DNA of 64,000 nt from Diplonema japonicum (Eukaryota; Protista; Euglenozoa: Diplonemea). Of this stretch, positions 1 to 10,878 are shown in pieces (positions within the stretch are counted from its first letter, which is position 1; every line of letters starts with the position of its first letter). Where the stretch lies: contig OZ025741.1 in assembly GCA_964019335.1 (NCBI GenBank), forward strand, positions 186,001-250,000. Reading direction: 5' to 3'. The notes under the pieces are model-generated. The model was not told the DNA's origin and searched no databases. It saw only the letters and a program-made list of their open reading frames with translations. The translations under genes were made by a program, and so were the position numbers.

Positions 1-2357
1 CATTCCAGCAAAAGACGACCTGCCGTGGATCAATTCCTTTGCAACAGCCGGTCTGATCGCCTGTCTTACTTCATGGCGTCTCGCACTGGGCACCAGAGCG
101 CGCAAACCTTCAATGAAGGACCACCCCTTGTTCAGGAAGGGTAGCCACCTCTTCAGCAAGACCCCTAGCGGCCCCCTCTCCTCGTCGTCCTCTCGCTCCC
201 GGTACAGTGTAACAATCTCATTGACTCGCTGCCACAGTTGTGGGGAGGTGAGGCTTTCTCGCACCAGGCAGTTCACCGTGTTGTAAACAATCTTCGCTTG
301 TGGATATGCTGTGTGTCCAGGTAACAGCACATTGAGCACAGCCATCGGGGATCTCATCCTGAAGCGCGGTCCCCATAGGGAAGTCACCGTCGCTGTACAG
401 AGCTTCTTCAGCTGGTTGTCAGACGGCGCAGCGTAGGTCGTACCGTATAGACAGGATGGTAGCACAGTGCCCGTCAGCATTGACGCCTTGTTCCCGAAGC
501 TTAATGGCAATGCACCAAGCCGGGACAAACGGCCTTCGGCGGAATGTAGCTTGTCCAAACTATGTTTCCCGTTCATGTTCAGGATCACGCCAAGCGCCTT
601 GATCCCCTTCGTCACTCTGAACGATGAGCCTGTGCACTTCAACCAAGGGCCGATCTCATCCTTCGTCGAGAATGCTTGTGACTTGTTTTCGTTAAGGCGC
701 ATGCCTGTCCGCTCGCAAAACTCGATTGTTTTGTTGGTCGCTCTCTTGAGTACCTCGACCAAACGCGCAAGTAGGTACGCGTCGTCCGCGTACGACAGCG
801 ATCGCGAGCCAGGTACCTCAGCAATCACGCACTTCACCATCACTGACACCAGAGCGTTCACCAGGATGACGGAGATTGGACACCCTTGGAGAATTCCATT
901 TGTCACGTGGAACTCGGAACCCACGCCAGTAGGGAAGCGGAAACGTCTTTTGAGGCCTGCGTACATCGCTTTGAGCGGGGTCAGTATCCTCTGGTGCAAA
1001 CCCAGGTCTTGCATAAGCCCGAACGCTACTTTCTGTGGCACCCTGTCGAAGCACTTGACGAAGTCCAGTGCTATGCCGTTAAGAGGGGTGTTGGTCAGCA
1101 TCGCCGTCTCCAGCTGCGTGCTGAGCTCCATCAGGATGCTGTCCGTCCCGTGACGTGGTCGAAAACCATGCTGCGAGTCGTCCGCCCATTTCTCTTGCCA
1201 TGGCGATATATCACGCAACCTGGCACAGGCCCACAGTCTGTAGACCGCACTCGTGACTGTGATGGGGCGGTGGTTGAGCGGAGTCCTCTCGCCTCCCTTC
1301 GGGATCAGCGTAACCAACGCCGTCAGGAGTGCCTTCGGCCACTTCCCTGTCACCTCGATGGCGTTGAAGAGCATCGCCCACGCATCCAACAATACATTTG
1401 GCATAGCGCGAAGTTCTGCCATCCTCCACCCATCAACTCCCGGTGCTGTCCTCGTCGATTTCTTGGCCAGAACTGCTCTCAGATCAGCCCCTGTCAGTGG
1501 CTGGAGCACCATGTCATGCGTCGAGATGTATGGCCCGTATCTAGCCTTGAAAGCCTCGTACGATGGTTCTTCATGCCCTTCACCGTACATCTGGAGCACG
1601 CCGTCCCATTCCGCGTGCATCATCCTGTCCATCTCGTCGAGGTCTGCGGTCAGCACTCCGCCGCTCTCCACTGCCTGCGCCGCTGACGTAGAAGTGTTTT
1701 TCACAAAGGCGGTCATCCCCCTCCGCTCCTCCTGGAACTGGGTGTTGATCCTCGCCTCGTACTTCTTCTCCCGCTCCACTCTCGTGTCCTTTGCGATCTC
1801 GCGTAGTAGCGAGGAGAGGTTGTCGTCTAGCAGTTGAAGTCTGGTGACAATCGACTCCAGGTCATCCTTCAGCAAGTTCCTATCAAATACTGGAGGGTTC
1901 GGCAGTTTCTCCAGCAAACTCAGAGCATTCGCCCAAGTCTTCAACAGAACTACTGGCATGTTGCACACTTGTCCCTTGTCAATCATCACCTGGATTTCCG
2001 CGCTGATGTGTGCAAGCTTCCTCTGCAAACAGGCAATCGACTTCTGTCTACCCACCGCTGCGCCCGTGGCTTCCTTTACAGACTTGGCCGACAGGCATTT
2101 CTCCTTGGGTTTGCGCTCCTCGCCCCTCCCTCGGAAAGTCTTCTGTTGCTCCATCGGTACGCCTGTGATGCAGTGTCTTTCCGAGACGTCAGCCAGCACA
2201 CGGTATGCGCCGTCGATGTCCTCAAGTTTTTGGATGAATCTCTCCGCCTGTAGCAGCTCAATCACGTGGTCATCACTAGCAGTCGACACCGGCAGTTCCT
2301 TCGGGATGAAGTACTTGCGTGTCTTGCTCTTGAGAGTAGGGATACACAGTTTGATGG
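1..2357 (-). mobile_element. Non-LTR retrotransposon (LINE) copy 1, 5'-truncated, runs off the window start; RT domain
   Basis: Near-identical to 29695-31963 (offset 29694). RT motifs LDFVKCFD, GILQGCPIS and SYADD. The frame stays open ~30 codons further 5' than copy 2 (IKLCIPTLKSKTRKYFIPKELP) and then abuts an A-run at 2358. Confidence 0.95.
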
Positions 2358-2431
2358 AAAAACAAAATCAAAAAAAAAAAAAAACAATCTAACAACGGAA
2401 AAAAAAAAAAAAAAGAACACCTATATTTGAT

Positions 2432-3385
2432 TCAAAACGCCTCAACAGAAGCATTGAGCAGCCCTGCAGCTTGCAAGGCAGCACGGGCCCTGGGTTGGGG
2501 AGAGGTGGCGGTGTTGAGGGAAGGGACACCAAGGCGGCCGATCGGGGTAGAAGGAGATGTGTTGAAATTGATATCATGAAGAGGAGAGCGAAGCCGCGGG
2601 GGAGGGGTGTGCTCCTCAGGCGACAGGGACCACCTCCCGTCCTCCTTGGGGCTGGGCCTGAAGGTCTGCTGCCTTTCCTGCATTTGGGTACGAATGCGAG
2701 CTGTATCAGACATCAAACCCTGAATATCTTGCACAGGTTGTTGGCTGGGAATACTATGGAAAGCTCGGACACGCTCCTCAAGGAGTTTATACTTTACACT
2801 AATCTCCTCTCGTGTCTTCCGTTCCTCGGTGAGGTCGGCTGCGGCCTTAGCAGCGTTGACACGTGCTTCGATGATTTCCTCGTCTTTCAAAGCAAATCTC
2901 TTCTCGATGTTTATCACCTTCGTGCGTAGGTCTTCATTTGTCTTCGCCATGAGCTTTGCCTCGCTGCGGAGTTGGTCGATTTCGGTTGTGAGCAGCACCT
3001 CCCTTTCGGAGTACTGCTGGAGCTTCATGTCGGCGCAGGTCAACACCTCCTCGAGGTCTTCCTTTTGCTTGCTGAGATGTTCGCTTTGTTTTCTCAGTTC
3101 TTCTTTCTCGAAGTCCGCCATGTCGCTGCCTGACAGCACCGAGCAGGATGCCCGCCTGCCCTCTCGCTCCTTCTCCCTGTCCTTCTTGTCGTTCACTTGC
3201 AGCAACAGGTCCATGCACTCCTCCAATGCAGACTCCAGCCTCTCCTTTTGCAACCCAACTTCGTCCAACGCCGACCGCAACCGCTCGCTCTCTTCCCGCC
3301 ACTGTTTTTTTTCCCCGCGGAGTTGTTTCACCTCCATGTGGATGTCCACTGGTGGGGCAGGCCGCTTTTGGTACGACAGTGGCAT
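2432..3385 (-). CDS. Coiled-coil protein of unknown function (317 aa)
   Basis: ATG-initiated GC-rich ORF with E/K/L/R heptad-like composition and a Pro/Ser-rich tail, flanked by A/T tracts. Confidence 0.85.
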   Translation of the reverse strand: MPLSYQKRPAPPVDIHMEVKQLRGEKKQWREESERLRSALDEVGLQKERLESALEECMDLLLQVNDKKDREKEREGRRASCSVLSGSDMADFEKEELRKQSEHLSKQKEDLEEVLTCADMKLQQYSEREVLLTTEIDQLRSEAKLMAKTNEDLRTKVINIEKRFALKDEEIIEARVNAAKAAADLTEERKTREEISVKYKLLEERVRAFHSIPSQQPVQDIQGLMSDTARIRTQMQERQQTFRPSPKEDGRWSLSPEEHTPPPRLRSPLHDINFNTSPSTPIGRLGVPSLNTATSPQPRARAALQAAGLLNASVEAF

Positions 3386-3504
3386 TGTTATGGGGTTTCT
3401 CCTGTTGTTAGGGGTTTCGGAAAGAATGGGTTGACAGAAGGAAAAAAAAAAAAGAAAAATGTACAGAAGAAAGAGACAAAAAAAAAAAAAGAAAAAAAAA
3501 AAAA

Positions 3505-3542
3505 CTCGATAAAATTTCAGTGTGCATGGGAAGTGCTCACTG
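3505..3542 (-). repeat. Remnant of a LINE 3' end (stem-loop + ATCG terminus)
   Basis: Plus-strand gataaaatttcagtgtgcatgggaagtgctcactg aligns with the LINE 3' UTR gataaatttcggtgtgcgggtgggtgctcaccg (28656-28688). Confidence 0.6.
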
Positions 3543-3612
3543 CACTGCTACTAAAAAAACAAAAAAAAAAAAAAAAAAAAAAATACAATGTACAGGAATT
3601 GTAGAAAATCAC

Positions 3613-4650
3613 TCACTGACTCTGCCGCCGTTTTGCCCGTTTTGCAATAAGCCCCCGCACGTCAGAGAGGGACGCCTTGAGCGCTTCAAGCGCCTCAACG
3701 TGCTCCTGTGGGGGGGCGTGGTCTGCGGGTACCCCGACAGGTGAGTCGGGGGGAGCGGGGCTCCCTGTGAGGGAGGGGGGCGGCGTGGGTTCGGCGGCGG
3801 CGGTGAGGGGGAAATGCATAGGAGGCGATTCTTCCTCCGACAGTTGAAGAAGACGGGAGACAGGAACGTCAATAGGCTCGTCGACAAGCCGCGTCTGCCG
3901 CGTGCTCCACCCCACTGTCAACATCCGCTGGGCTTCCTTGAGTCTGATATTCTCTGCATTGAACTGCTCAGCGACGCTCTGAATAGAGATATTTTCAGAC
4001 GCTAACCTAGCATTTTCCTCCTTGCAGACGGCAAGCTGCTCCATGAGCCTTGCGTTGAGCTGCCTGTAGGGTTCGACCTGCTGGAGTGTCTGTATCTCGT
4101 TCTGCTCTACTGTGTGCCGTATGTCGTCGTCGTGTTGAGCTGACTCCCTTTCGAGTGTTGAGATTCTCTTTTGAGCTTTTTGCAAATCCGCGGTTAAGGC
4201 TTCGATGGTGCGTTGGAGCTGGGCTCTGTCCCGTGCATTGGCTGTTTGCGAGGAAGTCAGTCGTTCTTTGAGTGCCAGCAGTTGTATTTTCATAGCCTCT
4301 TCATGTGAGTCGACGACCTTGGCATGCTGCAGTACTTTCTCTGTTGTCATGGCTGTGTCCATCCTTAGCTTGTAGCACTCCTCGCTCATGTGTTCATGTT
4401 CTCTTTCCAGGACCTTGCTCCTCTGTTTCATTTGGTTGCACGATTTCACAACTGTTTCCATCCCTTTTTTTTCTTCGTGGGTCCGTTTCAAGTCTGCCCT
4501 CAGCTTGTCTAGTTCTTCCTCGGTCTCCTCTAACCTCTCTCTTAAGTGCCCGTTCTCAGCCCGCTCGTCCTCGAGAGCTTCTTTCAACACATCCTTATAG
4601 CCTTCCTGTATACCTGATAATGCTATTCGGTCCGTGGGGAATCGGCTCAT
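3613..4650 (-). CDS. Coiled-coil protein of unknown function (345 aa, start MSRFPTDR)
   Basis: Long ORF with heptad composition. Start placed at the ATG directly after a 27-nt A tract rather than at the upstream poly-Lys start. Confidence 0.85.
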   Translation of the reverse strand: MSRFPTDRIALSGIQEGYKDVLKEALEDERAENGHLRERLEETEEELDKLRADLKRTHEEKKGMETVVKSCNQMKQRSKVLEREHEHMSEECYKLRMDTAMTTEKVLQHAKVVDSHEEAMKIQLLALKERLTSSQTANARDRAQLQRTIEALTADLQKAQKRISTLERESAQHDDDIRHTVEQNEIQTLQQVEPYRQLNARLMEQLAVCKEENARLASENISIQSVAEQFNAENIRLKEAQRMLTVGWSTRQTRLVDEPIDVPVSRLLQLSEEESPPMHFPLTAAAEPTPPPSLTGSPAPPDSPVGVPADHAPPQEHVEALEALKASLSDVRGLIAKRAKRRQSQ

Positions 4651-4869
4651 TTTTTTTTTTTTTTTTTTTTTTTTTTTGTGTTGCTCCCACCCGTCCCCCA
4701 CCCCTTCCTCACCTAATGGGGGTTTTCTTTTTCCTATTTTTCATCACCGCATTTGGCTTTTTTTTTATTCAATAAATGGGGTGGGGGATGGTTCCTTACC
4801 ACAATAGAAGGGTTAGGTACATTGCGGAGAGGAGGGGAGGGGATTTCCCCCCCCTTTTTTTTACACCGT

Positions 4870-5574
4870 TTAAGGATCGGTTGTTTCCCCCTTTTGCTCC
4901 TCTTCTTTCAATTCCATTTCGAGCTTTTTGAGCCCTTCGAGACCTTTCTCGGGGTCCGTCAGCTTTATGGATTCCCTGATCCGCGGGTCTGCAGGCGTGT
5001 AAAGCGACTCCCTGGGGATGGTGCTGGTACCCTCAGCATGGTGCGCCAAGTTAGTAACATCCTCGATGAATAGAATGTCAGTGCCATCGGCGAAGGAGGT
5101 TCGGTTTGAAAGCCCCAGCTGGATATCTCTTCGGTAAGGCAGTTTACCAAGCCGAGGGGAGTAGTCCGGGTCCCATTGGATACGCGTGGAGCCGCCCTTG
5201 AAAGTGGCTTTGGAGAGGATATCGTCGAAGGCTTCTCTCTTGAGCCAGATGCCCAGCACACGCTTCTGGTTGCTGTCCTTTTGTGCGAATCCACACCTGT
5301 ACATCATCCATAAGAAGTTTGTCTTCACCCACGTCATTCTCTTCGGGTTGTACACAGGGCACCCTGTGAACCTTTGGTGCTCCAAGGCGTAGTCCGCGAT
5401 CTCGTCGTTGAAAGCTTGGTACACCAGCACTGCGGTGTCGGTGTGGCTGCCGATAATGAAGTTCCCCCCGCGAGGCCAGGTCTTCTCCGTTTCCTTCCAG
5501 TCTACCATCTCTAAGGGGTATGTGCCCTCGGGGCGGCTTGAGTTCACTGCAACGCTGCATGAAGATGAGGCCAT
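4870..5574 (-). CDS. DUF4291 family protein
   Basis: Motifs VYQAFNDEIA, RMTWVKTNFLWMMYRCG, QKRVLGIWL, RIQWDPD and RRDIQLGL are characteristic of DUF4291. Confidence 0.9.
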   Translation of the reverse strand: MASSSCSVAVNSSRPEGTYPLEMVDWKETEKTWPRGGNFIIGSHTDTAVLVYQAFNDEIADYALEHQRFTGCPVYNPKRMTWVKTNFLWMMYRCGFAQKDSNQKRVLGIWLKREAFDDILSKATFKGGSTRIQWDPDYSPRLGKLPYRRDIQLGLSNRTSFADGTDILFIEDVTNLAHHAEGTSTIPRESLYTPADPRIRESIKLTDPEKGLEGLKKLEMELKEEEQKGETTDP

Positions 5575-5909
5575 TGTGGCTAACCTGCGAAGGGTGAGTC
5601 GCTTTATCTCGTTTTTCTTTTTTTTCTTTTCTTTCTTCTTCTTTTATCCCTCCCCTTTTCCCTCCCTTATTCTTGCTTCAAAAAAAAAAAAAAAAAAAAA
5701 AAGAAGAAGAAAAAAAAAGGTGGACAGTGATATGAGCGACACGAGCGTAATGACAATGGGAACAAGCTTCCGAAGGTACAACTGCCGAAAATCAGTGGGA
5801 ACAGGTGCATGGGGCGAAATGGGCACAAGATCTTCTAATGCGGAAAAAAAGATTACAAACACTCCCCCCCCTCCCCCCTCCCGCCACACACACTAACTTG
5901 TTTGTGGTG

Positions 5910-7133
5910 TTACTTGTTCGCCACCGAATACAGCCTGTTAGAAGACCTGTTGGCGACCCTACTGTGCAGCTTGAAGAAGAGTTCTTGGTTGTTGCTAGGA
6001 CAGTCCATGACCATCAACGAGCGACCCTTTTCAGCCATCAGTGAAACCAGCTGTGCCATGTTGGTGTGGATGGTGGGACCCCCCACCACCGTGATCCCCG
6101 CATGAGGCGGCAACAGCTTATCTATCTGCAACGCCTTAATCTGCATAAAATTCTCAACAGGATTCTTACCAGTAAGCTGGGTAGGCACGCATATGGAAAG
6201 CCTCTTATGAAAAAGCAACCGTGTCATGCTGTTCGGACCAAAATGCTGTCTAGGATCCTGTGCAGGTGAGATGGCTAACACACCAACACGTGGCGGGATA
6301 CATATCTTCCCGGTGCTTTCGTATCTGTCTAGGTACTTGAAGAAGGATCCGTGTTCCAAGCCCATAGAGACGATCAAAACATGGTCACATCCTGTTAAGT
6401 CCACACCCATGGTGGCTTGGTAGGCCGCCGACTCGCTTACCAACAGTTTCCGATATCCGATTTGAGCGACGTGGCGTTGCTCCGGGGTTAAATCGGAGCT
6501 TTTAGGTTTTGTCGTGGTCATAATGACCTCCTCTATCCCGTCGTCCTCGTCCATGTTCACTTGGAACCGAATGTAAGGAGGTTTCCATGTGGATGATGAT
6601 GATGATGGTGGTGCCATGTCGCTGCTTCTCAAGGGCTTCGTGTTGTACGGGACTACTATTTTCGGGTTTTCAAGATGCCCGAAACCTGACAATAAAGTTA
6701 CTTTTTTTCGGGGTTCGGAGGGTGGTGGGGAAGGTGTTGTTGAGGGCGGAAGGTACGCGAAGGACAGTAAATCTTCGATTTCGAAACTAGAGCCCGAGGA
6801 GATCTCCGACGCATTCGTGTTGTGGGCTTTGGTCTTTTTATGGGCCGTCCAGTCTGAGTGTGTGAGGATTTTTGTCTTGCAGATTCCGCAGATTATGCTT
6901 CTTCTTGTATCTTGAGATGACCTGATGAAGATTGGTTCGCCGAGGGGGTCGCCTATCCACTTTGATATAGTTGAGGGGGTCACAGCGTTGCTGGGGGATT
7001 CATCCTTTACCATATTGGCTTCTGGGGCCGTCCCCAAAACAGATTGGGCCGTCTTGTTATCCACCATCATTGCCCATTCTTTAAAATTTGTCCCATGGGA
7101 GTATTTTCTTCTCTTTGATATTGATTGAGGCAT
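5910..7133 (-). CDS. U1/matrin-type C2H2 zinc-finger protein with possible degenerate PIN-like C-terminal domain
   Basis: Zinc finger CGICKTKILTHSDWTAHKKTKAH; start MPQSISKRRK after an A-rich leader; the C-terminal alpha/beta region loosely resembles the ZNF451 C-terminal PIN-like domain. Confidence 0.75.
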   Translation of the reverse strand: MPQSISKRRKYSHGTNFKEWAMMVDNKTAQSVLGTAPEANMVKDESPSNAVTPSTISKWIGDPLGEPIFIRSSQDTRRSIICGICKTKILTHSDWTAHKKTKAHNTNASEISSGSSFEIEDLLSFAYLPPSTTPSPPPSEPRKKVTLLSGFGHLENPKIVVPYNTKPLRSSDMAPPSSSSSTWKPPYIRFQVNMDEDDGIEEVIMTTTKPKSSDLTPEQRHVAQIGYRKLLVSESAAYQATMGVDLTGCDHVLIVSMGLEHGSFFKYLDRYESTGKICIPPRVGVLAISPAQDPRQHFGPNSMTRLLFHKRLSICVPTQLTGKNPVENFMQIKALQIDKLLPPHAGITVVGGPTIHTNMAQLVSLMAEKGRSLMVMDCPSNNQELFFKLHSRVANRSSNRLYSVANK

Positions 7134-7728
7134 TCTTTTTTTTTTCTCGTTCCCCCCCCCCCAACCGCTATTTTTTTTTCTTCCTGGGGGGTGTGATGTA
7201 CAGATTTTCTTTTTGAAGGTTTTGAAGGGGGAAAAATAAAATAAAAAAAGAGGGGGGAAAAAGGGGGGGGGGGGAAAGAAGGAAAAATTTTTAGGTGGCT
7301 GGTTTTTTTTTCTTTTTTTAAAATGCCCCTTCCCAGCCACGGTTGGGTGTTCCTTTTTTTTTAATAGTTTTTTTTTTTTTTTTTTTAAATTTGCAAGGGG
7401 AAAAAAAAGTCAAGGACTTTTGTTCTTTGCAGAGAAGGGGGGGGGAAAAAAAGAAAAGAAGAAGAAAAAAAAAAAGAGAGAAAAGGAAATTAAAATAAAG
7501 TTGAGGAAAGTGGGGGAGGGGGCGGTGTGGTGTGTGTTGTGCAAGGGTGTGACTGTATTGGACGAGGGGAGCATTTCTGATTCACCAGCAAGAAGGGAGA
7601 GGAATGTACCGCCTTTTTTTCTCTCTCACTCTTTTATTTATTTTTTTTTTGAAAATCTTAAAACAAAACCTTGAAAAAATATTTCATTTTTAAAGTGAAA
7701 TAAGAGGATACCCGCGAGAGGGAAACTC

Positions 7729-8260
7729 TTATAGACACAGTTCAGCATTCGTTGTTGCTTCCAAATACTGTAAAAAGAACCTGGCCCACGGCCCCCTTTG
7801 TTTAGACAAGTCAAAGACTTGTTCTTGGAAAAAAAAAAAAAAAAAAAAGAAGAAAAAAAAAAGGTGTGGGGGGGGAAAAAAAAAGGAAAAGAAATGAAAG
7901 GAAAACATCAACTGAAAGGGGGTTGGGAAAAGAGGGCGCCAAGAAACAAAAAAAAAAAAAAAAAAAAAAAAAACAAGGATGGTATTTTTCAGTGAGGAAG
8001 TGCCCCCCCCCCCCCCCCCCCCACCTTTCTGCGATAAAACTCATATGACGGCCTTATCTCTCTCTCTCTCTCTCTCTCTCTCTTTATTGTTGATTTTCCA
8101 GTGTGGCCACGAACGGAAGAACCGCAACATAAAAAAAAAATATATATATAAAAAAAAAAAAAGCTATTATTACCTACAAGACGAGCCTACGAACGTGCCT
8201 GATTCCTTGTGCAAAGCCCGTTTTCGCCTACAGTAGGGGGAAACAATGGATAAGCTGCCT
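7729..8260 (-). CDS. Putative last three micro-exons of an unknown intron-rich gene (8260-8174, 8052-8025, 7767-7729)
   Basis: Three GC-richer islands with AG/GT boundaries join in phase to give GSLSIVSPYCRRKRALHKESGTFVGSSCR-PSYEFYRRK-YLEATTNAELCL*. No recognisable homology. Confidence 0.4.
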
Positions 8261-8616
8261 CTGCTTTTTTTCTTTCTTCTTTTTCTTTTTCCTCACAAAC
8301 GTGAAAGGATGCTAAATAAAGAAAAAGAAAAAAAGAAAAAAAAAAAAATAGCGTCCAAAAAGTAGGGCCGGGTTTTTTGTTGTTTTGTACAAACCGGAAA
8401 ACCCCCCACAAAAGTAACCAACAAGTCACCCTACTTTTTCATTTTTTTTTTTTTTTTTTTTTTTAGCAAAGACCAATAGTTGCCCCAAGCAGGAAGAACA
8501 ACATAAAAAAAAAAAGTGAATTGCTAAGTTGCTTCCTCCCTTTTCTGCCACCTCTAGCAAGTGTTCAAGGTGCAGGAAAAAAAATCTTCCAGAAAAAAAG
8601 AATCCTTGGGAGGGGT

Positions 8617-8671
<55 letters not shown>

Positions 8672-8672
<1 letters not shown>

Positions 8673-8985
8673 GATGATTTAAAGGAAGCCGGTGGGGGCA
8701 CCCTGCACAAGCACCATTTACTTGTTTACAGGGGGCGCACCTCGGCCTAGCTGTAGCTTCTTCTGCGTTCCGCGTCGTGTCCTTAATGCTTGCGGTGTGC
8801 AGCTCAACCCCAGCCGGGGCGCCCCGGGTAACCAAGATTCTGAGCCCGTGTAGTATGCTGCCTGTTCGCCACCCAGAGCATCTGCTTCTTCCACTTGGGC
8901 GCTACCGGTGATGACCGACGGGGAGGTCAACAGCGAACAACACATCTGATGTACTTCTTTATATTTCCATGTTATCCCCACCACC
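8672..8985 (-). mobile_element. Short retroposon family A, copy 1 (full length, ~314 nt), with 5' HDV-like ribozyme
   Basis: Dispersed repeat also found at 14176-14438, 15773-15950 and 35491-35794. Ends in TTTAAATCATCG followed by a T-run on the element strand. Confidence 0.85.
8857..8985 (-). ncRNA. HDV-like (delta-like) self-cleaving ribozyme
   Basis: P1 GGUGGUG/CAUCACC; P2 GCUGUUG/CA(G)GCAGC; P3 ACC/GGU; L3 UCCCCGUC; P1.1 GG; P4 CGCCCA/UGGGUG; J4/2 G-CGAA with the catalytic-C equivalent at 8868. Element order matches the HDV nested double pseudoknot. Confidence 0.8.
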
Positions 8986-8996
8986 AAGAAAAAAGG

Positions 8997-9028
8997 CGAT
9001 GTTTAAGGGCAAATCCCACTCGAGGACC
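8997..9028 (-). repeat. Short dispersed repeat (second copy 40955-40986)
   Basis: cgatgtttaagggcaaatcccactcgaggacc versus cgatgtgtcagggcagatcccacttgaggacc. Confidence 0.6.
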
Positions 9029-9896
9029 ACCCTAGAAATACTGGAGCTATTTCTTTATTATCTTTTCTTTCTGTCTCTTCTGGATTCAATATGAAGGAAA
9101 AAAAAAAACTTTTTCTTTTTTTTATAATAATGATTAAAACTGTATATACCCGTTGGTCGCTTTCCCTCTAACAGGGAGGGGAAAGGGTGAGAGGGAGGAG
9201 GTATTCTAGCCTTCTAAAGTTTGCAAATCAACCGTAGTTAGGGCTCGCAAATAGAAATGCTGGGCTGAATAAAAACTTTTTTTTTGAGAAATTTGGTCGA
9301 AACCAAAAAAAAAACCCCCCCCTTGCTCACTCTTTTCCTCTTCTCTCTTCTTCAAGCCAAATTTTGTGCCATACTTTTTTTTTTCTTTTCTTCTTCTTCT
9401 TCTTTCCTTTTTTGAATTGTAGTTTGTAAAGTATGTTTTGAAGATGCTTTTTTTTTTTTTTTTTTTTTTTTTGTTCTTCCACCCCGTGTTATTGAATCAT
9501 CTGTGTACTGATGATGGTACCCTTTTAGTATAATTTCTTATAGAGAATAATAATAATAAAAAACAAAAAAAAAAAACAAAAAAAAAACAAAGGAAAGAGA
9601 AGGAAGGAGAAAGAAAAGATAAAAGAGCACCTCAACACATTTCCCCTTCCATTTTTTTTTTTTTTTTGCTATCGAGATTTCCCACGCCTCAAAAAGAAGA
9701 AAAAGGGCGGGGGGGGGGTAGACAAGAGAGAGAGAAAACTTTTGCTGCTTTCTAGCTGCTTCGCCACCTGTATTGTGGACTTTTTTTTTTTTTTTTTTTT
9801 GGCTTCTTTTTGACTTGTTGTGTGTCCCTAACGGTGGCGAAGAGTATGGCGAGCTTTGCTGATGCTCACTGTGTAGACAGAAGAGAGAGAGAGAGG

Positions 9897-9953
<57 letters not shown>

Positions 9954-10287
9954 CGGAAAACGAAATCCATTTGCAACAGGGGGAGGGGGAGGAATGAACT
10001 ATGTTCAGGAAAGGTAAGATGTTCCCTAACCCAACCCCCATCCGCCCATTACGCTTGCTGGCTACGCGGACAGAATGAAGAGAGAAAAAAAAAAAAAAAA
10101 GAGAAGACATGACGAAAGAACGATGGCCCCTCTGTCTTTTTATTTTTATATTTACCCCTTCTTTTTTTTTTTTTTTGCTCCGTCTTCTTTCATTTTTTTT
10201 TGGGGGGTAGCGGCCTTGCGGGTATAAAACCAATTTCGTTTCTTCTTTTTTTTTTTTTTTTTTAAATAAGCTTTTCCAAAAAAAAAA

Positions 10288-10328
10288 GATGTCTTTGAAG
10301 GGAACCTGCAGTATGTGACAGGATCGCC

Positions 10329-10330
<2 letters not shown>
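10288..10330. repeat. ~40-bp dispersed repeat family (also 19226-19268, 38203-38233, inverted at 10917-10952)
   Basis: Core (g)aacctgcagtatgtgacaggatcg / gtacctgcggtatgtgacaggacgcc recurs at these sites. Confidence 0.65.
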
Positions 10331-10364
<34 letters not shown>

Positions 10365-10388
10365 TCGGTTGATTGTTGTTTGTGCACA

Positions 10389-10450
10389 GCCGGGGTTAAC
10401 CTGTAGAAGGATAAGCCCATCAATGCTACCACTACTCTTTTTAGCAATAA
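10389..10450. repeat. Short dispersed repeat (also 36375-36421; partial at 12748-12796)
   Basis: gccggg(g/a)ttaacctgtagaaggataag(c/t)cc...accacta recurs; ccactgctctttttagcaa is shared with the 12760 region. Confidence 0.5.
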
Positions 10451-10843
10451 CAATTCATTATCAATCTGTTTTTTCTTGTTCATGCAAAAAAAAAAAAAAG
10501 GAAAAGCTCGTTCAGCGGTAAAGTGCTATTGGTGGCGCTAGTTTTTTTTTTTTTCTTTTTTTTTTTGTTACTAGCATATTTCAGAGAATTTCACACGAAG
10601 CGTAAACTCTACATTTTCTTTTTTTTTTTTTGTCGTCCAGGGGAGGTTTACTGTGTAATAAAAACACTTCCCCCCCGCCTTTTTTTTTTTGAGTCACCAA
10701 ACTGTTGCCTGATCTTTTTTTCTTTTTTTTTTTGGATCGCGAGATAAAGGTACTTGGACCAGAGTCGCTCCATACCGTTGTTGTTGTCCCCCCCCCCCCC
10801 CCCCCTTCATAAGGGTATGCAAAACTGCCCCCTGATAAAAAAG

Positions 10844-10878
<35 letters not shown>

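Noticed and set aside
467-2392. Plus-strand ORFs over the LINE (also 29198-32047) and over host genes
   Set aside because: Antisense shadows of GC-rich minus-strand coding sequence.
8554-8987. Recurrent small ORFs (TGSESWLPGAPRLGLSC) in four places
   Set aside because: Translations of repeat family A with indels between copies; conservation is better explained by RNA structure.
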